DNA of 63,806 nucleotides, the filler included, from Reclinomonas americana ATCC 50394 (Eukaryota): NCBI GenBank assembly GCA_048213135.1. It is 6 parts of 5 records of this genome, joined end to end, with 100 filler letters (N's around TTAATTAATTAA, not from the genome) between each part and the next. Parts side by side here need not be neighbours in the genome. Positions count along the whole stretch, not along the records: positions 18,128 to 27,514 come from PS015602.1; positions 27,615 to 40,370 come from PS015602.1; 4 more parts are not named here. One strand, given 5' to 3'. The position numbers and the translations under genes were made by a program. The notes under the pieces were generated by a model, which worked only from the letters and a program-made list of their open reading frames with translations, made no database searches and had not been told where the DNA came from. Positions 24,946-39,043 of the stretch are shown in pieces; positions within the stretch are counted from its first letter, which is position 1, and every line of letters begins with the position of its first letter.

Positions 24946-27063
24946 CCCTCGCCAGGCTACAGCCAGCACCCCACACAGCATGCGATAGTATGGCTTTGTT
25001 GATGCCTGTGGGCTTTCAAAGACCGACATGGGACAGGTCGATGAGAAATCGTCAGAATTCGAATGGACATGCTGGCGACACAAGGTGGCGCTCCACTGCA
25101 TCGCGCTGCTGTCCAGCGACACTCTCTTTCTACTGCCCTGCATTCTCTCTCAACGAGGACTGGCATGTCGGGCTGCTTGGATATGCGGCTGTGGTCCAGC
25201 TGTGCTGATGCCACGGCACAGCACACTCGAGAATCCATGGGTCTTCGAAACCTCAAGCCTCCTAGGATCGGCCCACAGCGAAGCTGACGAGGCGCAAGTC
25301 ATGACTGCACGACGAAGAAGGAGAGTCACAGGGAACAGGAAAGCACAGCGATGGAAGAGACAGCTGTATCGCGAGACTCGCCTCCTCTCACCCAAGTCAC
25401 AGTCAACGCCTCGTGCCTTCAATCACACTCACAGTCGGTCGGTGCATTGTCTCATGCATGCACTGTGTGGCACGGAACCACGTGTTTTCGCATGCCAGTG
25501 ACGAGTCACTTGCCAGCACGCCTGTCACACAGAATTGAGACAGTCAATCTCCAAGTCTCTCCAGCTGCAGCTTGTTCCTCAACACGAGTGTAGAACACGC
25601 ACTCACCAGGCCACGCGCGCATCTGCAGTCTCCCATGGCCATCACCATCATTACTTGGCGGCGACAGCAGCAACCAAGAAGCGCACATCATCGATCCGCT
25701 CTGACTTGCCAACCGGGATCGAGAACCATCCACCGACCAGGCCACCCATCGGGACACACGACACGCATGTGTCCACCCATGAGTAGATTGCCGAGCACGT
25801 GCACGCGTCTGCAGTCTCCCACGGCCACCAGCATCATTACTCGACAGAGACGGCGGCAGCCAAGGTGCGCACATCATCGATCCGCTCCGACTTGCCAGCC
25901 GGGATTGAAAACGATCCACCGACCAGGCCACCAAGTCGCACATGTGTACACCCACTAATCCACGCTCTCCATGACGTGCACGGCCTGCATAATTGAGGTG
26001 AGTGGGAGGGAAGAAGGAAAGCGAGATCACGAAGAACAGGGCCACACAACTGCTGAGTGCACGGTGGGATGCGAGTGGGGAGCCGTGTGAGTGAGGTGAC
26101 AGCCGGGAATGGGCGATGCACATCGCGCCTGCCATCATCGCGGCCACCGAAAAGTACGTGCCTCCAAGTGTCTGCATGCCGGTGCACCATGAGAAAAAGG
26201 AATAGAGGAAGGAGAGAGACAAATCTGCTCTGTCTCAATGACGAACACACCGATCAGCACCTGAAACCAACACACGTTTGGGCAAGAGGCAAGCCAAGGG
26301 ACGGTTCTGTACACACATCCATCCTTCAAGGGAAAGAAAGGGTGAAAAGGAGCAGAGTCAGTATGTAGGTATGCCACCTCACACACTTCGGCATCGGGAA
26401 GCTCACCATGATGAACTGCCCAACACGATGGCTGAATCGCAGCCGGCGCATCATGAGCAGGCCAGCATCCTCGGCATCGAACGTGTGTGGGAAGGATGGG
26501 GTGGATGACTGGAGAGGCAAATGAGCGCACAAAGGAGGGAGACGGTGGAGAAAGAGAGACTCTACAAGGGACATGAAAGAGGGAGAGCGGATTGACATGC
26601 ATTCTTCAGGGCGGAAGGAGAATGTCCACGGCGCACATGCACGATGAGAGGAAGAAAAATGGCACCAAGAAGGTGAATCAAGACGCGAGAAAACAATCAT
26701 CGTATCTCGCTCACTGAGGCACTCACATGGGCGACGAAAGATGCACGCACAACAGACATCAAAAAAGACGAAAAAGACGCAAGAGATACCCAAGTGATTC
26801 ATCGCGCTGGCACACACAAACTGAGGTGAGAAGGAAACAAGCACACACACACACAGAGACATGCTTCACGACCTCTCACTCACATTTACGTGACAGGAAA
26901 AAACCGACGGGAGAGCTCCTCGTAAACAACAATCTCTGCCTTCCTCTGTCATCCTCTCTTCCCCCACCCGCACCCGCATAATCACCCACTCTCCCTCGCA
27001 AGACACGAAAAACAACTCACAATCACCAGTAGCCACCGCTCTCCCTCCCTCCGACTCACCAAC

Positions 27064-27514
27064 TCAGCACTGGAAAAAGACGACCTCGGCATCCTCGACG
27101 ATGAAACAGCGCAGAACCAGCTCGGGAAGGCATCGTGAATCTTCTTCTTCCTCCTGCATCTCCTGCACAGCTCGCATGGCCGAGTGCGCGGCGTCGAGCT
27201 CGAGACGAGCAAGGCCACGCGGCGTGGACCACACTCGCACCGTCTTGTCGTCGCCACCCGCACTCACAATGTGCTGACCATTGGGAGAGACGGCCACAGA
27301 CGACACCCATCCAGTGTGTCCCTCCAACCGTCGCACTTCCTCGCCACTTGCCAGAGACCATACCCGAATGGAGCTGTCTCCGCTCCCACTCACGACATGC
27401 TGGCCATCGGAGGTGACGGTGACAGACGATACCCAGTCAGTGTGTCCCTCCAGTCGGCGAATCTCTTCCCCACTTGCCAGTGACCACATCCGCACGGTGT
27501 TGTCCCAGCCCCCG
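27064..27514 (-). CDS. Array WD40 copy F, 3' part
   Basis: Last ~2.5 repeats plus tail ...VVFFQC*, cut by a contig linker. Confidence 0.8.
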
Positions 27515-27614
27515 NNNNNNNNNNNNNNNNNNNNNNNNNNNNNNNNNNNNNNNNNNNNTTAATTAATTAANNNNNNNNNNNNNNNNNNNNNNNNNNNNNN
27601 NNNNNNNNNNNNNN

Positions 27615-28818
27615 CTCGGGAAGGCATCGTGAATCTACTTCTTCCTCCTGCATCTCCTGCACGGCCCGCATGGCCGAGCGCGCGGCGTCGAGTTCGAGAC
27701 GAGCAAGGCCGCGTGGCGTGGACCACACTCGCACGGTCTTGTCGTAGCCACCCGCACTCACAATGTGCTGACCATCAGGAGAGACGGCGACAAAATACAC
27801 CCATCCAGTGTGTCCCTCCAGTCGTCGTATTTCCTCGCCACTTGCCAGAGACCATACCCGCACTGTCTTGTCCTCGCTCCCACTCACGACATGATGGCCG
27901 TCGGGAGTGATGGCGACAGACCACACCGCACCAGTGTGTCCCTCTAACCGTCGCACTTCCTCGCCACTCGCCAGAGACCACACCCGCACGGTGTTGTCCC
28001 GACTCCCACTAAAAATATGCCGACAATCTGGAGTGACAGTAACAGAGTACACCCATCCAGTGTGTCCCGCCAACCGTCGCACCTCCTCCCCACTCGCCAT
28101 CAACCACACTCGCACTATGTTATCGTGGCTACCACTCACTATATGCTGACTATCGGGGGTGACGGCGACAGACCGCACCGTGTCGGTGTGTCCTTCCATC
28201 CGTCGCACCTCCTCTCCACTCGCCAACGACCACACCCGCACGGTGTCGTCTCCACCCCCACTCACCACATGTTGACCATCAGGGGTAAGGGCGACAGACG
28301 TCACAGTGTCGGCGTGTCCAACCAGCCGTCGCACCTCCTTGCCACTCGCCAGCAACCACACACGCACGGTACATTCTCCACTTCCACTGACGATGTGCTG
28401 ACCATCGGGGGTGACGGCGACACAATACACCCATTCGAATTCAGTGTGTCCCACCAGCCGTCGCACCTCCTTGCCACTCGCCAGTGACCACACTCGAACG
28501 GTACTGTTCAAGCATCCACCGACAATGTGCTTGCCATCGGGAGTGATGGTAACAGACCGCACTCTAGCGGGACTCTGAATGATCTGTGCCGATCATTCGC
28601 GGTGAGACGCACATGCACAAACACAAAGAACAACAACCGCACGTGCACACGATGCACAAGCACACGAATGCACGCACAGACACCAACCACGCAATAGTGC
28701 GCATACATTCACACCTTGGTTGCCATTCCCCGTGTATGTGTGTGATTGATTGTGCTCGCTCCGGATTGTCACTGTTTCCCGCCTTTCTTCTCCCGCCTTG
28801 CTCTGAGACGTCGTCCAT
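27615..28818 (-). CDS. Array WD40 copy G, 7 repeats, end of tail in gap
   Basis: Open exon from 28583 to the gap at ...DSRCLPE. Putative start at 28818. Confidence 0.87.
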
Positions 28819-31083
28819 CCCTCGACAGGCTGCAGCCAGCAAGCCACACAACATACAGCAGCATGCGATAGTGTGGCTTTGTTGATGCTTGTGGGCTTTT
28901 GAAGACCGACATGGGACTTGTCGATGGGAAATCGGCAGAATGGACAAGCAGGGTGGTGGCTCGAGGTGGCGCTCCACTGCACCGTGCTGCTGTTCAGCGA
29001 CACTCTCTTTCGACTGACCTGCATTATCTCTGAACAAGGACTGGAATGTCGGGCTGCTTGGATACGCAGCTGTGGCCCTGGTGTGCTGATGCCAAGGCAC
29101 ACCCGAGAATCCATGGAGCACAAACGAGTCATGGATACCTCACACCTCCTTGGATCGGCCCACAGCGAAGCTGACGAGGTGCACGTCATGATGGTACGAC
29201 GAAGAAGGAGAGTCACAGGGGACAGGAGAGGAGCGACCAGTACAGTAGCACGTGCACAGCGATGGAGCGTCGTGAGGCTCGCCTCCTCTCACCCACCTCA
29301 CAATCAATGCCTCGTGCCTTCAATCACACTCACAGTCAGTCGGTGAATCGTCTCATGCATGTACTGTGTGGCACGGAACCACGTGTCTTCGCATGCCAGT
29401 GACGAGTCACTTGCCAGCACGCCTGTCCCACAGAATTGAGTCAGTCAATCTCCAAGTCTCACCAACTTGCTCCTCAACGCAGATGCAGAACACGTACGCA
29501 CCAGGCCACGCGCGCGTCTGCAGTCTCCCATGGCCATCACCATCATTACTTGGCGGCGACAGCAGCAACCAAGAAGCGCACATCATCGATCCGCTCTGAC
29601 TTGCCAACCGGGATTGAAAACGATCCACCGACCAGGCCACCCATCGGGNNNNNNNNNNNNNNNNNNNNGACAGAGACGGCGGCAGCCAAGGTGCGCACAT
29701 CATCGATCCGCTCCGACTTGCCAGCCGGGATCGAAAACGATTCACCAACCAAGCTACCATTGTACCACCTCGTCACACACTCCATGACGTGCACGGCCTG
29801 CATAATTGAGGTGAGTGGGAGGGAAGGAGGAGAGAGAGATCACGAAGTCGAAGAACAGGGCCACACAACTGCTGAGTGCATTGGTGGGATGCGAGTGGGG
29901 AGCCGAGTGAGTGAGGTGACGGTCGACAACGGGCGATGCACATCACGCCTGTCATCGCCACGACATGCTTTCCATGGTCTCTGCATGCCGGTGTGCTGTG
30001 AGCAAAGAATGGAGGACGGGGAGAGAAATCTGCTCTGTCTTACTGACAAGCACACCGATCAGCACCTGATACCAACACGCGTTTGTCAAGAAGCAAGCCA
30101 AGGGACGCTCACACAACCATCCTGCAAGGGAGAGAAGGAGCAGAGTCAGTATGCAGGTATGCCACCTCACACATTTCGGCATCGGGAAGCTCACCATGAT
30201 GGACTGGCAGGATGGCAATCGAAACACGGTGAGCGGACCAGCATGTTCGGCCTCGAGCGTGTGCGGAAAAGAGGGGTGGATGGCTGGGGAAGCAGATAAG
30301 CGCACAAAGGCAGGGAGACGGTGGAGAAAGAGATAGACTCTGCAGGAGGCAGGAAAAAGAGAGCTGAAAGACAGGCATCCTGCAGAGACGGAAAGAGAAT
30401 GTCCGCGGCTCACAGGCACAATAGGAAGCAGAGTATAGCGGAGCCAAGGAGGTGCGAAAAACAAGACGCGAGGGAAACAGACAACGGTGACTCGCTCTNN
30501 NNNNNNNNNNNNNNNNNNNNNNNNNNNNNNNNNNNNNNNNNNNNNNNNNNNNNNNNNNNNNNNNNNNNNNNNNNNNNNNNNNNNNNNNNNNNNNNNNNNN
30601 NNNNNNNNNNNNNNNNNNNNNNNNNNNNNNNNNNNNNNNNNNNNNNNNNNNNNNNNNNNNNNNNNNNNNNNNNNNNNNNNNNNNNNNNNNNNNNNNNNNN
30701 NNNNNNNNNNNNNNNNNNNNNNNNNNNNNNNNNNNNNNNNNNNNNNNNNNNNNNNNNNNNNNNNNNNNNNNNNNNNNNNNNNNNNNNNNNNNNNNNNNNN
30801 NNNNNNNNNNNNNNNNNNNNNNNNNNNNNNNNNNNNNNNNNNNNNNNNNNNNNNNNNNNNNNNNNNNNNNNNNNNNNNNNNNNNNNNNNNNNNNNNNNNN
30901 NNNNNNNNNNNNNNNNNNNNNNNNNNNNNNNNNNNNNNNNNNNNNNNNNNNNNNNNNNNNNNNNNNNNNNNNNNNNNNNNNNNNNNNNNNNNNNNNNNNN
31001 NNNNNNNNNNNNNNNNNNNNNNNNNNNNNNNNNNNNNNNNNNNNNNNNNNNNNNNNNNNNNNNNNNNNNNNNNNNNNNNNNNN

Positions 31084-31401
31084 GGAGACCGCGCCGTGCG
31101 GGTATGGTCTCTGGCGAGTGGAGAGGAGGTGCGACGGTTGGAGGGACACACCGACACGGTGCGGTCTGTCGCCGTCTCTCCCGATGGTCTCCACATTGTA
31201 AGCGCGGGTGGCTACGACGAGACCGTGCGAGTGTGGTCCACACCGCGTGGCCTTGCTCGTTTCGAACTCGACGCCGCGCGCTCGGCCATGCTGGCTATGC
31301 AGGAGATGCAGGAGGAAGAAGTAGATTCACGATGCCTTCCCGAGCTGGTTCTGCGCTGTTTCATCGTCGAAGATGCCGAGGTCGTCCTTTTCCGGTGCTG
31401 A
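31084..31401 (+). CDS. Array WD40 copy H, 3' part (opposite orientation)
   Basis: GDRAVRVWSLASGEEVRRLEGHTDTVRSV...VVLFRC*. Confidence 0.8.
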   Translation, partial: GDRAVRVWSLASGEEVRRLEGHTDTVRSVAVSPDGLHIVSAGGYDETVRVWSTPRGLARFELDAARSAMLAMQEMQEEEVDSRCLPELVLRCFIVEDAEVVLFRC

Positions 31402-32331
31402 GGTGGTGAGTCGGAGGAAGGGAAGGTGGCTACTGGTGATCGTGAGTTGTTTTTTCGTGTCTTGCGAGGGAGAGTGGGTGCCTATGCGGGTGCTGGAGGG
31501 AGAAGAGAGGACGACAGAGGAAGGGAGAGAAGTCGACGTGGATGATGCAGAATTGTTCTCTGTGCTTGTTGCCCTATCATGTGAGTGAGAGAGAGGTAGT
31601 GAAGCACGTCTCCCTCTGCATGCTTGCCTCTTTCTCACCTCAATTGTGTATGCGAGCGAGATGAATCAATTGGAGCCTGTGATTTCTTTTCCCCTCGTTG
31701 TGATGTCTGTTGTGCGTGCATCTTTCGTCGCTGATATACGTGCCTCATGNNNNNNNNNNNNNNNNNNNNNNNNNNNNNNNNNNNNNNNNNNNNNNNNNNN
31801 NNNNNNNNNNNNNNNNNNNNNNNNNNNNNNNNNNNNNNNNNNNNNNNNNNNNNNNNNNNNNNNNNNNNNNNNNNNNNNNNNNNNNNNNNNNNNNNNNNNN
31901 NNNNNNNNNNNNNNNNNNNNNNNNNNNNNNNNNNNNNNNNNNNNNNNNNNNNNNNNNNNNNNNNNNNNNNNNNNNNNNNNNNNNNNNNNNNNNNNNNNNN
32001 NNNNNNNNNNNNNNNNNNNNNNNNNNNNNNNNNNNNNNNNNNNNNNNNNNNNNNNNNNNNNNNNNNNNNNNNNNNNNNNNNNNNNNNNNNNNNNNNNNNN
32101 NNNNNNNNNNNNNNNNNNNNNNNNNNNNNNNNNNNNNNNNNNNNNNNNNNNNNNNNNNNNNNNNNNNNNNNNNNNNNNNNNNNNNNNNNNNNNNNNNNNN
32201 NNNNNNNNNNNNNNNNNNNNNNNNNNNNNNNNNNNNNNNNNNNNNNNNNNNNNNNNNNNNNNNNNNNNNNNNNNNNNNNNNNNNNNNNNNNNNNNNNNNN
32301 NNNNNNNNNNNNNNNNNNNNNNNNNNNNNNN

Positions 32332-32532
32332 GCACCCGCCAACGATGTGCTGGCCATCGGGAGTGACGGTGACCGACGACACCCAGTCAGATTGTCCATC
32401 CAGCCGTCGCACTTCCTCGCCACTCGCCAGAGACCACACCCGCACTGTGTTGTCCCAGCCCCCGCTAACAATGTGTCGACAATCTGGAGTGACAGTAACA
32501 GAGTACACCCATCCAGTGTGTCCCGCCAACCG
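32332..32532 (-). CDS. Isolated array WD40 fragment
   Basis: RLAGHTGWVYSVTVTPDCRHIVSGGWDNTVRVWSL... between gaps. Confidence 0.75.
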
Positions 32533-33577
32533 NNNNNNNNNNNNNNNNNNNNNNNNNNNNNNNNNNNNNNNNNNNNNNNNNNNNNNNNNNNNNNNNNNNN
32601 NNNNNNNNNNNNNNNNNNNNNNNNNNNNNNNNNNNNNNNNNNNNNNNNNNNNNNNNNNNNNNNNNNNNNNNNNNNNNNNNNNNNNNNNNNNNNNNNNNNN
32701 NNNNNNNNNNNNNNNNNNNNNNNNNNNNNNNNNNNNNNNNNNNNNNNNNNNNNNNNNNNNNNNNNNNNNNNNNNNNNNNNNNNNNNNNNNNNNNNNNNNN
32801 NNNNNNNNNNNNNNNNNNNNNNNNNNNNNNNNNNNNNNNNNNNNNNNNNNNNNNNNNNNNNNNNNNNNNNNNNNNNNNNNNNNNNNNNNNNNNNNNNNNN
32901 NNNNNNNNNNNNNNNNNNNNNNNNNNNNNNNNNNNNNNNNNNNNNNNNNNNNNNNNNNNNNNNNNNNNNNNNNNNNNNNNNNNNNNNNNNNNNNNNNNNN
33001 NNNNNNNNNNNNNNNNNNNNNNNNNNNNNNNNNNNNNNNNNNNNNNNNNNNNNNNNNNNNNNNNNNNNNNNNNNNNNNNNNNNNNNNNNNNNNNNNNNNN
33101 NNNNNNNNNNNNNNNNNNNNNNNNNNNNNNNNNNNNNNNNNNNNNNNNNNNNNNNNNNNNNNNNNNNNNNNNNNNNNNNNNNNNNNNNNNNNNNNNNNNN
33201 NNNNNNNNNNNNNNNNNNNNNNNTTCTTCGTCGTACCATCATCAACCTCGCTGTGGGCCGATCCAATGAGGCTTGAGGTTTCGCAGACTCGCCGCTCAAT
33301 GGGTTCTCGGGAAAATGCCGTGGCATCAGCTGCACATCCAAGCAGCATGGCATGCCAGTCCTCGTCGGCAGAGAATGCAGGTCAGTCAAAAGAGAGTGTC
33401 GCTGGTCAGCAGCACGGTGCAGTGGAGCGCCACCTTGTGTCGCCAGCATGTCCATTCTGCCGACTTCGCATCGACCTGTCCCATGTCGGTCTTCAAAAGC
33501 CCACACGCATCAAAGAAGCCACATTGCTCTCATACTGTTGTATGGTGTGCGGGGTGCTGGTTGCAGCCTGGTGAGGG

Positions 33578-34312
33578 ATGGACGACGTCTCAGAGCAAGG
33601 CGGGAGAAGAAAGGCGGGAAACAGTGACAATCCCGAGCGAGCAAATCACACACGCACGTTACGTGCACACAGAGAATGTCAACAAAGGTGAATGTGTGCG
33701 CACTTTTGCGTGGTTGGTGTCTGTGTGTTCATTGGTGTGCGTGTGTATGTGTGCGGTTGTCGTTTGTGTGTTTGTGTATGTGCGTCTCACCGCGAATGAT
33801 CGACGCAGATCATTCAGAGTCTCACTTCTGTGGTGAGGTCCATTGCCGTCACTCCCGATGGCAAACACATTGTCGGTGGATGTATGGACAAGACGATTCG
33901 AGTGTGGTCTCTGGCGAGTGGCAAGGAGGTGCGACGGCTAGATGGACACACTGGTTCGGTGTGGTCTGTCGCCGTCACTCTTGATAGTCAGCTTATTGTC
34001 AGTGGCGGTGGAGACTGTACCGTGCGTGTGTGGTCGCTGGAGAGTGGCGAGGAGGTGCGACGGTTGACGGGTCACTCGCGGGAGGTGTGGTCTGTCGCTG
34101 TTACCTCTGATGGCCAGCACATTGTTAGCGGGAGCTGGGACTACACAGTGAGAGTGTGGTCTCTGGCAAGTGGGGAAGAGCTGCGACGGCTGGAGGGACA
34201 CACCGACATGGTGCGGTCTGTCGCCGTCACTTCTGATGGTCACCACATTGTCAGTGGCGGTGAAGACAACACAGTGCGGGTATGGTTGCTGGCGAGCGGG
34301 GAGGAGGTGCGA
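33578..34312 (+). CDS. Array WD40 copy I, 5' part (opposite orientation)
   Basis: Leader ATG at 33578, acceptor at 33808 and four repeats before a gap. Confidence 0.82.
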
Positions 34313-36565
34313 NNNNNNNNNNNNNNNNNNNNNNNNNNNNNNNNNNNNNNNNNNNNNNNNNNNNNNNNNNNNNNNNNNNNNNNNNNNNNNNNNNNNNNNN
34401 NNNNNNNNNNNNNNNNNNNNNNNNNNNNNNNNNNNNNNNNNNNNNNNNNNNNNNNNNNNNNNNNNNNNNNNNNNNNNNNNNNNNNNNNNNNNNNNNNNNN
34501 NNNNNNNNNNNNNNNNNNNNNNNNNNNNNNNNNNNNNNNNNNNNNNNNNNNNNNNNNNNNNNNNNNNNNNNNNNNNNNNNNNNNNNNNNNNNNNNNNNNN
34601 NNNNNNNNNNNNNNNNNNNNNNNNNNNNNNNNNNNNNNNNNNNNNNNNNNNNNNNNNNNNNNNNNNNNNNNNNNNNNNNNNNNNNNNNNNNNNNNNNNNN
34701 NNNNNNNNNNNNNNNNNNNNNNNNNNNNNNNNNNNNNNNNNNNNNNNNNNNNNNNNNNNNNNNNNNNNNNNNNNNNNNNNNNNNNNNNNNNNNNNNNNNN
34801 NNNNNNNNNNNNNNNNNNNNNNNNNNNNNNNNNNNNNNNNNNNNNNNNNNNNNNNNNNNNNNNNNNNNNNNNNNNNNGGGGAGTCACAGGGGACAGAAGA
34901 GGAGCGACCAGTACAGTAGCACGTGCACAGCGATGGAAGAGGCAGTTGTGTCGCGAGACTCGCCTCCTCTCACCCAAGTCACAATCAGTGCTTCGCGCCT
35001 TCAATCATACTCACAGTCGGTCGGTGCATTGTCTCATGCATGCACTGTGTGGTACGGAACCACGTGTCTTCGCATGCCAGTCACTTGCCAGCACGCCTGC
35101 CGCACAGAATTGAGTTAGTCAATCTCCAAGTCTCACCAACTTACTCCTCAACGCAGATGCAGAACACGTACGCACCAGGCCACGCACGCGTCTGCAGTCT
35201 TCCATGGCCATCACCATCATTACTTGGCGGCGACAGCAGCAACCAAGAAGCGCACATCATCGATCCGCTCTGACTTGCCAACCGGGATTGAAAACGATCC
35301 ACCGACCAGGCCACCCATCGGGAAACACGACACGCATGAGTCCACCCATGAGTAGATTGCCGAGCACGCGTCTGCAGTCTTCCATGGCCACCACCATCGT
35401 CACTCGGCAGAGACGGCGGCAGCCAAGGTGCGCACATCATCGATCCGCTCCGACTCGCCAGCCGGGATTGAAAACGATCCACCGACCAGGCCACCAAGTC
35501 GCACAGCACGGCACGCATGTGTACATCCACCCAGCCACGTTCTCCATGACGTGCACGACCTGCATGGATGAGGTGAGTGGGAGGGAAGGAGGAGAGAGAG
35601 ATCACGAAGAACAGGGCCACACAACTGCTGAGTGCATGGTGGGATGCGAGTGGGGAGCCGAGTGAGTGAGGTGACGGTCGACAACGGGCAATGCACAGCA
35701 CGCCTGTCATCGCCACGACATGCTTTCCATGGTCTCTGCATGCCGGTGTGCTGTGAGCAAAGAATGGAGGACGGGGAGAGAAATCTTCTCCGACTCACTG
35801 ACAAACACACCAATCAGCACCTGATACCGACACGCGTTTGTCAAGAAGCAAGCCAAGGGACGCTCACACAACCATCCTGCAAGGGAGAGAAGGAGCAGAG
35901 TCAGTATGCAGGTATGCCACCTCACACACTTCGGCATCGGGAAGCTCACCATGATGGACTGGCAATCGATCGCAATCGGAACACGGTGAGCAGACCAGCA
36001 GCTCGACCTCGAGCGTGTGCGGCAAGGAGGGGTGGATTACTGGGGAATCAGATGAGCGCACAAAGGCAGGGAGATGGCGGAGAAAGAGATAGACTCTGCA
36101 GGAGGCAGGAAAGAGAGAGCTGAAAGACAGGCATCCTGCAGAGACGGAAGGAGAATGTCCGCGGCTCACAGGCACAATGGGAAGCAGAGTATGGCGGTGC
36201 CAAGGAGGTGCGAAAAACAAGACGCGAGGAAACAGACAACGGTGACTCGCTCTCCTGAGGCACGTATATCAGCGACGAAAGATGCACGCACAACAGACAT
36301 CACAACGAGGGGAAAAAATCACAGACTCCGCATACACAAATGGAGGTGAGAAAGAGACACGTAAACAGAGGGAGACGTGCTTCACTACCTCTCTCTCACT
36401 CACATGATAGGGCAACAAGCACAGAGAACAATTCTGCATCATCCACGTCGACTTCTCTTTCCCCTGTCGTCCTCTCTTTCCCCACGTGCACCTGCACCAT
36501 GCACAACCACCCATTCTCCCTCGCACAACAAGAAAAACAACTCACATTCTCCAGCAGCCGCCTTC

Positions 36566-37293
36566 TCAGCACCGAAAAAGGACGACCTCGGCATCTTCGA
36601 CGATAAAACAGCGCAGAACCAGCTCGGAAAGGCATCGTGAATCTACTTCATCCTCCAGCATCTCCTGCACAGCCCGCGTGGCCGACCGCGTGGCGTCGAG
36701 TTCAAGGCGAGCAAGGCCACGCGGCGTGGACCACACTCGCACAGTCTCGTCGTAGCTACTCGCACTCACAATGTGCTGACCATCGGAAGAGACGGCCACA
36801 CACGATACCCATCCGTCATGACCCTCCAACCGTCGCACCTCCTCGCCACTCTCCAGAGACCATACCCGCACTGTGTTGTCTCCACTCCCACTCACGATGT
36901 GCTGACCATCGGGAGTGACGGTGACACAACACACCCATCCAGTGTGTCCTTCTAGTCGTCGCACTTCTTCTCCACTCGTCAGTGACCACACTCTCACCGT
37001 TTTGTCCCTACAGCCACTCACGATGTGCTGACCATCGGGGGTGACAGCGACAGACTGCACCCAGGAAGTGTGTCCTTCCAACCGTCGCACTTCTTCGCCG
37101 CTCGCCAGCAACCATACCCGCACTGTGTTGTCTCCACCCCCACTCACAACGTGCTTACCATCGGGGGTGACTGCCACAGACCACACCGAAATAGCGTGTC
37201 CCTCTAACCGTCGCACCTCCTCGCCACTCTCCAGCGACCACAGACATACTGTCTTGTCGCTGCTGCCGCTCACAATGTGTTGACCATTGGGGG
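36566..37293 (-). CDS. Array WD40 copy J, 3' part
   Basis: About 4.5 repeats plus tail (CLSELVLRCF variant). Confidence 0.85.
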
Positions 37294-38048
37294 NNNNNNN
37301 NNNNNNNNNNNNNNNNNNNNNNNNNNNNNNNNNNNNNNNNNNNNNNNNNNNNNNNNNNNNNNNNNNNNNNNNNNNNNNNNNNNNNNNNNNNNNNNNNNNN
37401 NNNNNNNNNNNNNNNNNNNNNNNNNNNNNNNNNNNNNNNNNNNNNNNNNNNNNNNNNNNNNNNNNNNNNNNNNNNNNNNNNNNNNNNNNNNNNNNNNNNN
37501 NNNNNNNNNNNNNNNNNNNNNNNNNNNNNNNNNNNNNNNNNNNNNNNNNNNNNNNNNNNNNNNNNNNNNNNNNNNNNNNNNNNNNNNNNNNNNNNNNNNN
37601 NNNNNNNNNNNNNNNNNNNNNNNNNNNNNNNNNNNNNNNNNNNNNNNNNNNNNNNNNNNNNNNNNNNNNNNNNNNNNNNNNNNNNNNNNNNNNNNNNNNN
37701 NNNNNNNNNNNNNNNNNNNNNNNNNNNNNNNNNNNNNNNNNNNNNNNNNNNNNNNNNNNNNNNNNNNNNNNNNNNNNNNNNNNNNNNNNNNNNNNNNNNN
37801 NNNNNNNNNNNNNNNNNNNNNNNNNNNNNNNNNNNNNNNNNNNNNNNNNNNNNNNNNNNNNNNNNNNNNNNNNNNNNNNNNNNNNNNNNNNNNNNNNNNN
37901 NNNNNNNNNNNNNNNNNNNNNNNNNNNNNNNNNNNNNNNNNNNNNNNNNNNNNNNNNNNNNNNNNNNNNNNNNNNNNNNNNNNNNNNNNNNNNNNNNNNN
38001 NNNNNNNNNNNNNNNNNNNNNNNNNNNNNNNNNNNNNNNNNNNNNNNC

Positions 38049-38175
38049 TTTTGGCAAGTGGGGAAGAAGTGCGACGACTGGATGGACACACTGGTTCGGT
38101 GTGGTCTGTCGCCGTCACTCCCAATGGCCAGCAGATAGTGAGTGGGTGTGGAGACTGTACCGTACGTGTGTGGTC
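38049..38175 (+). CDS. Isolated array WD40 repeat fragment
   Basis: LASGEEVRRLDGHTGSVWSVAVTPNGQQIVSGCGDCTVRVW between gaps. Confidence 0.7.
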
Positions 38176-38724
38176 NNNNNNNNNNNNNNNNNNNNNNNNN
38201 NNNNNNNNNNNNNNNNNNNNNNNNNNNNNNNNNNNNNNNNNNNNNNNNNNNNNNNNNNNNNNNNNNNNNNNNNNNNNNNNNNNNNNNNNNNNNNNNNNNN
38301 NNNNNNNNNNNNNNNNNNNNNNNNNNNNNNNNNNNNNNNNNNNNNNNNNNNNNNNNNNNNNNNNNNNNNNNNNNNNNNNNNNNNNNNNNNNNNNNNNNNN
38401 NNNNNNNNNNNNNNNNNNNNNNNNNNNNNNNNNNNNNNNNNNNNNNNNNNNNNNNNNNNNNNNNNNNNNNNNNNNNNNNNNNNNNNNNNNNNNNNNNNNN
38501 NNNNNNNNNNNNNNNNNNNNNNNNNNNNNNNNNNNNNNNNNNNNNNNNNNNNNNNNNNNNNNNNNNNNNNNNNNNNNNNNNNNNNNNNNNNNNNNNNNNN
38601 NNNNNNNNNNNNNNNNNNNNNNNNNNNNNNNNNNNNNNNNNNNNNNNNNNNNNNNNNNNNNNNNNNNNNNNNNNNNNNNNNNNNNNNNNNNNNNNNNNNN
38701 NNNNNNNNNNNNNNNNNNNNNNNN

Positions 38725-39043
38725 ACCACACTCGGACGGTACTGTCCATACATCCACCGACAATGTGTTTGCCGTCGGGAGTGACGGTGACTGACCGCAC
38801 CGAAGAAGCGAGACTCTGAATGATCTGTGCCGACCGTTCGCGGTGAGACGCACATGCACAAACACAAAGAACAACACCCGCACACAAACGAATGCATGTA
38901 CAGACACCAACCACGCAAAAGTGCGCATACATTCACACCTTTGTTGCCATTCTCCGTGCGTGTGTGTGTGTGTGATTTGCTCGCTCAGGGTTGTCACTGG
39001 TTCCCGCCTTTCTTCTCCCGCCTTGCTCTGAGACGTCGTTCAT
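38725..39043 (-). CDS. Array WD40 5' fragment (probably the start of copy J)
   Basis: Leader plus IIQSLASSVRSVTVTPDGKHIVGGCMDSTVRVW. Confidence 0.75.

Noticed and set aside
24051..25208. Long antisense ORFs over the WD40 and OAT genes
   Set aside because: Shadows of GC-rich or repetitive coding sequence, with no independent motifs.
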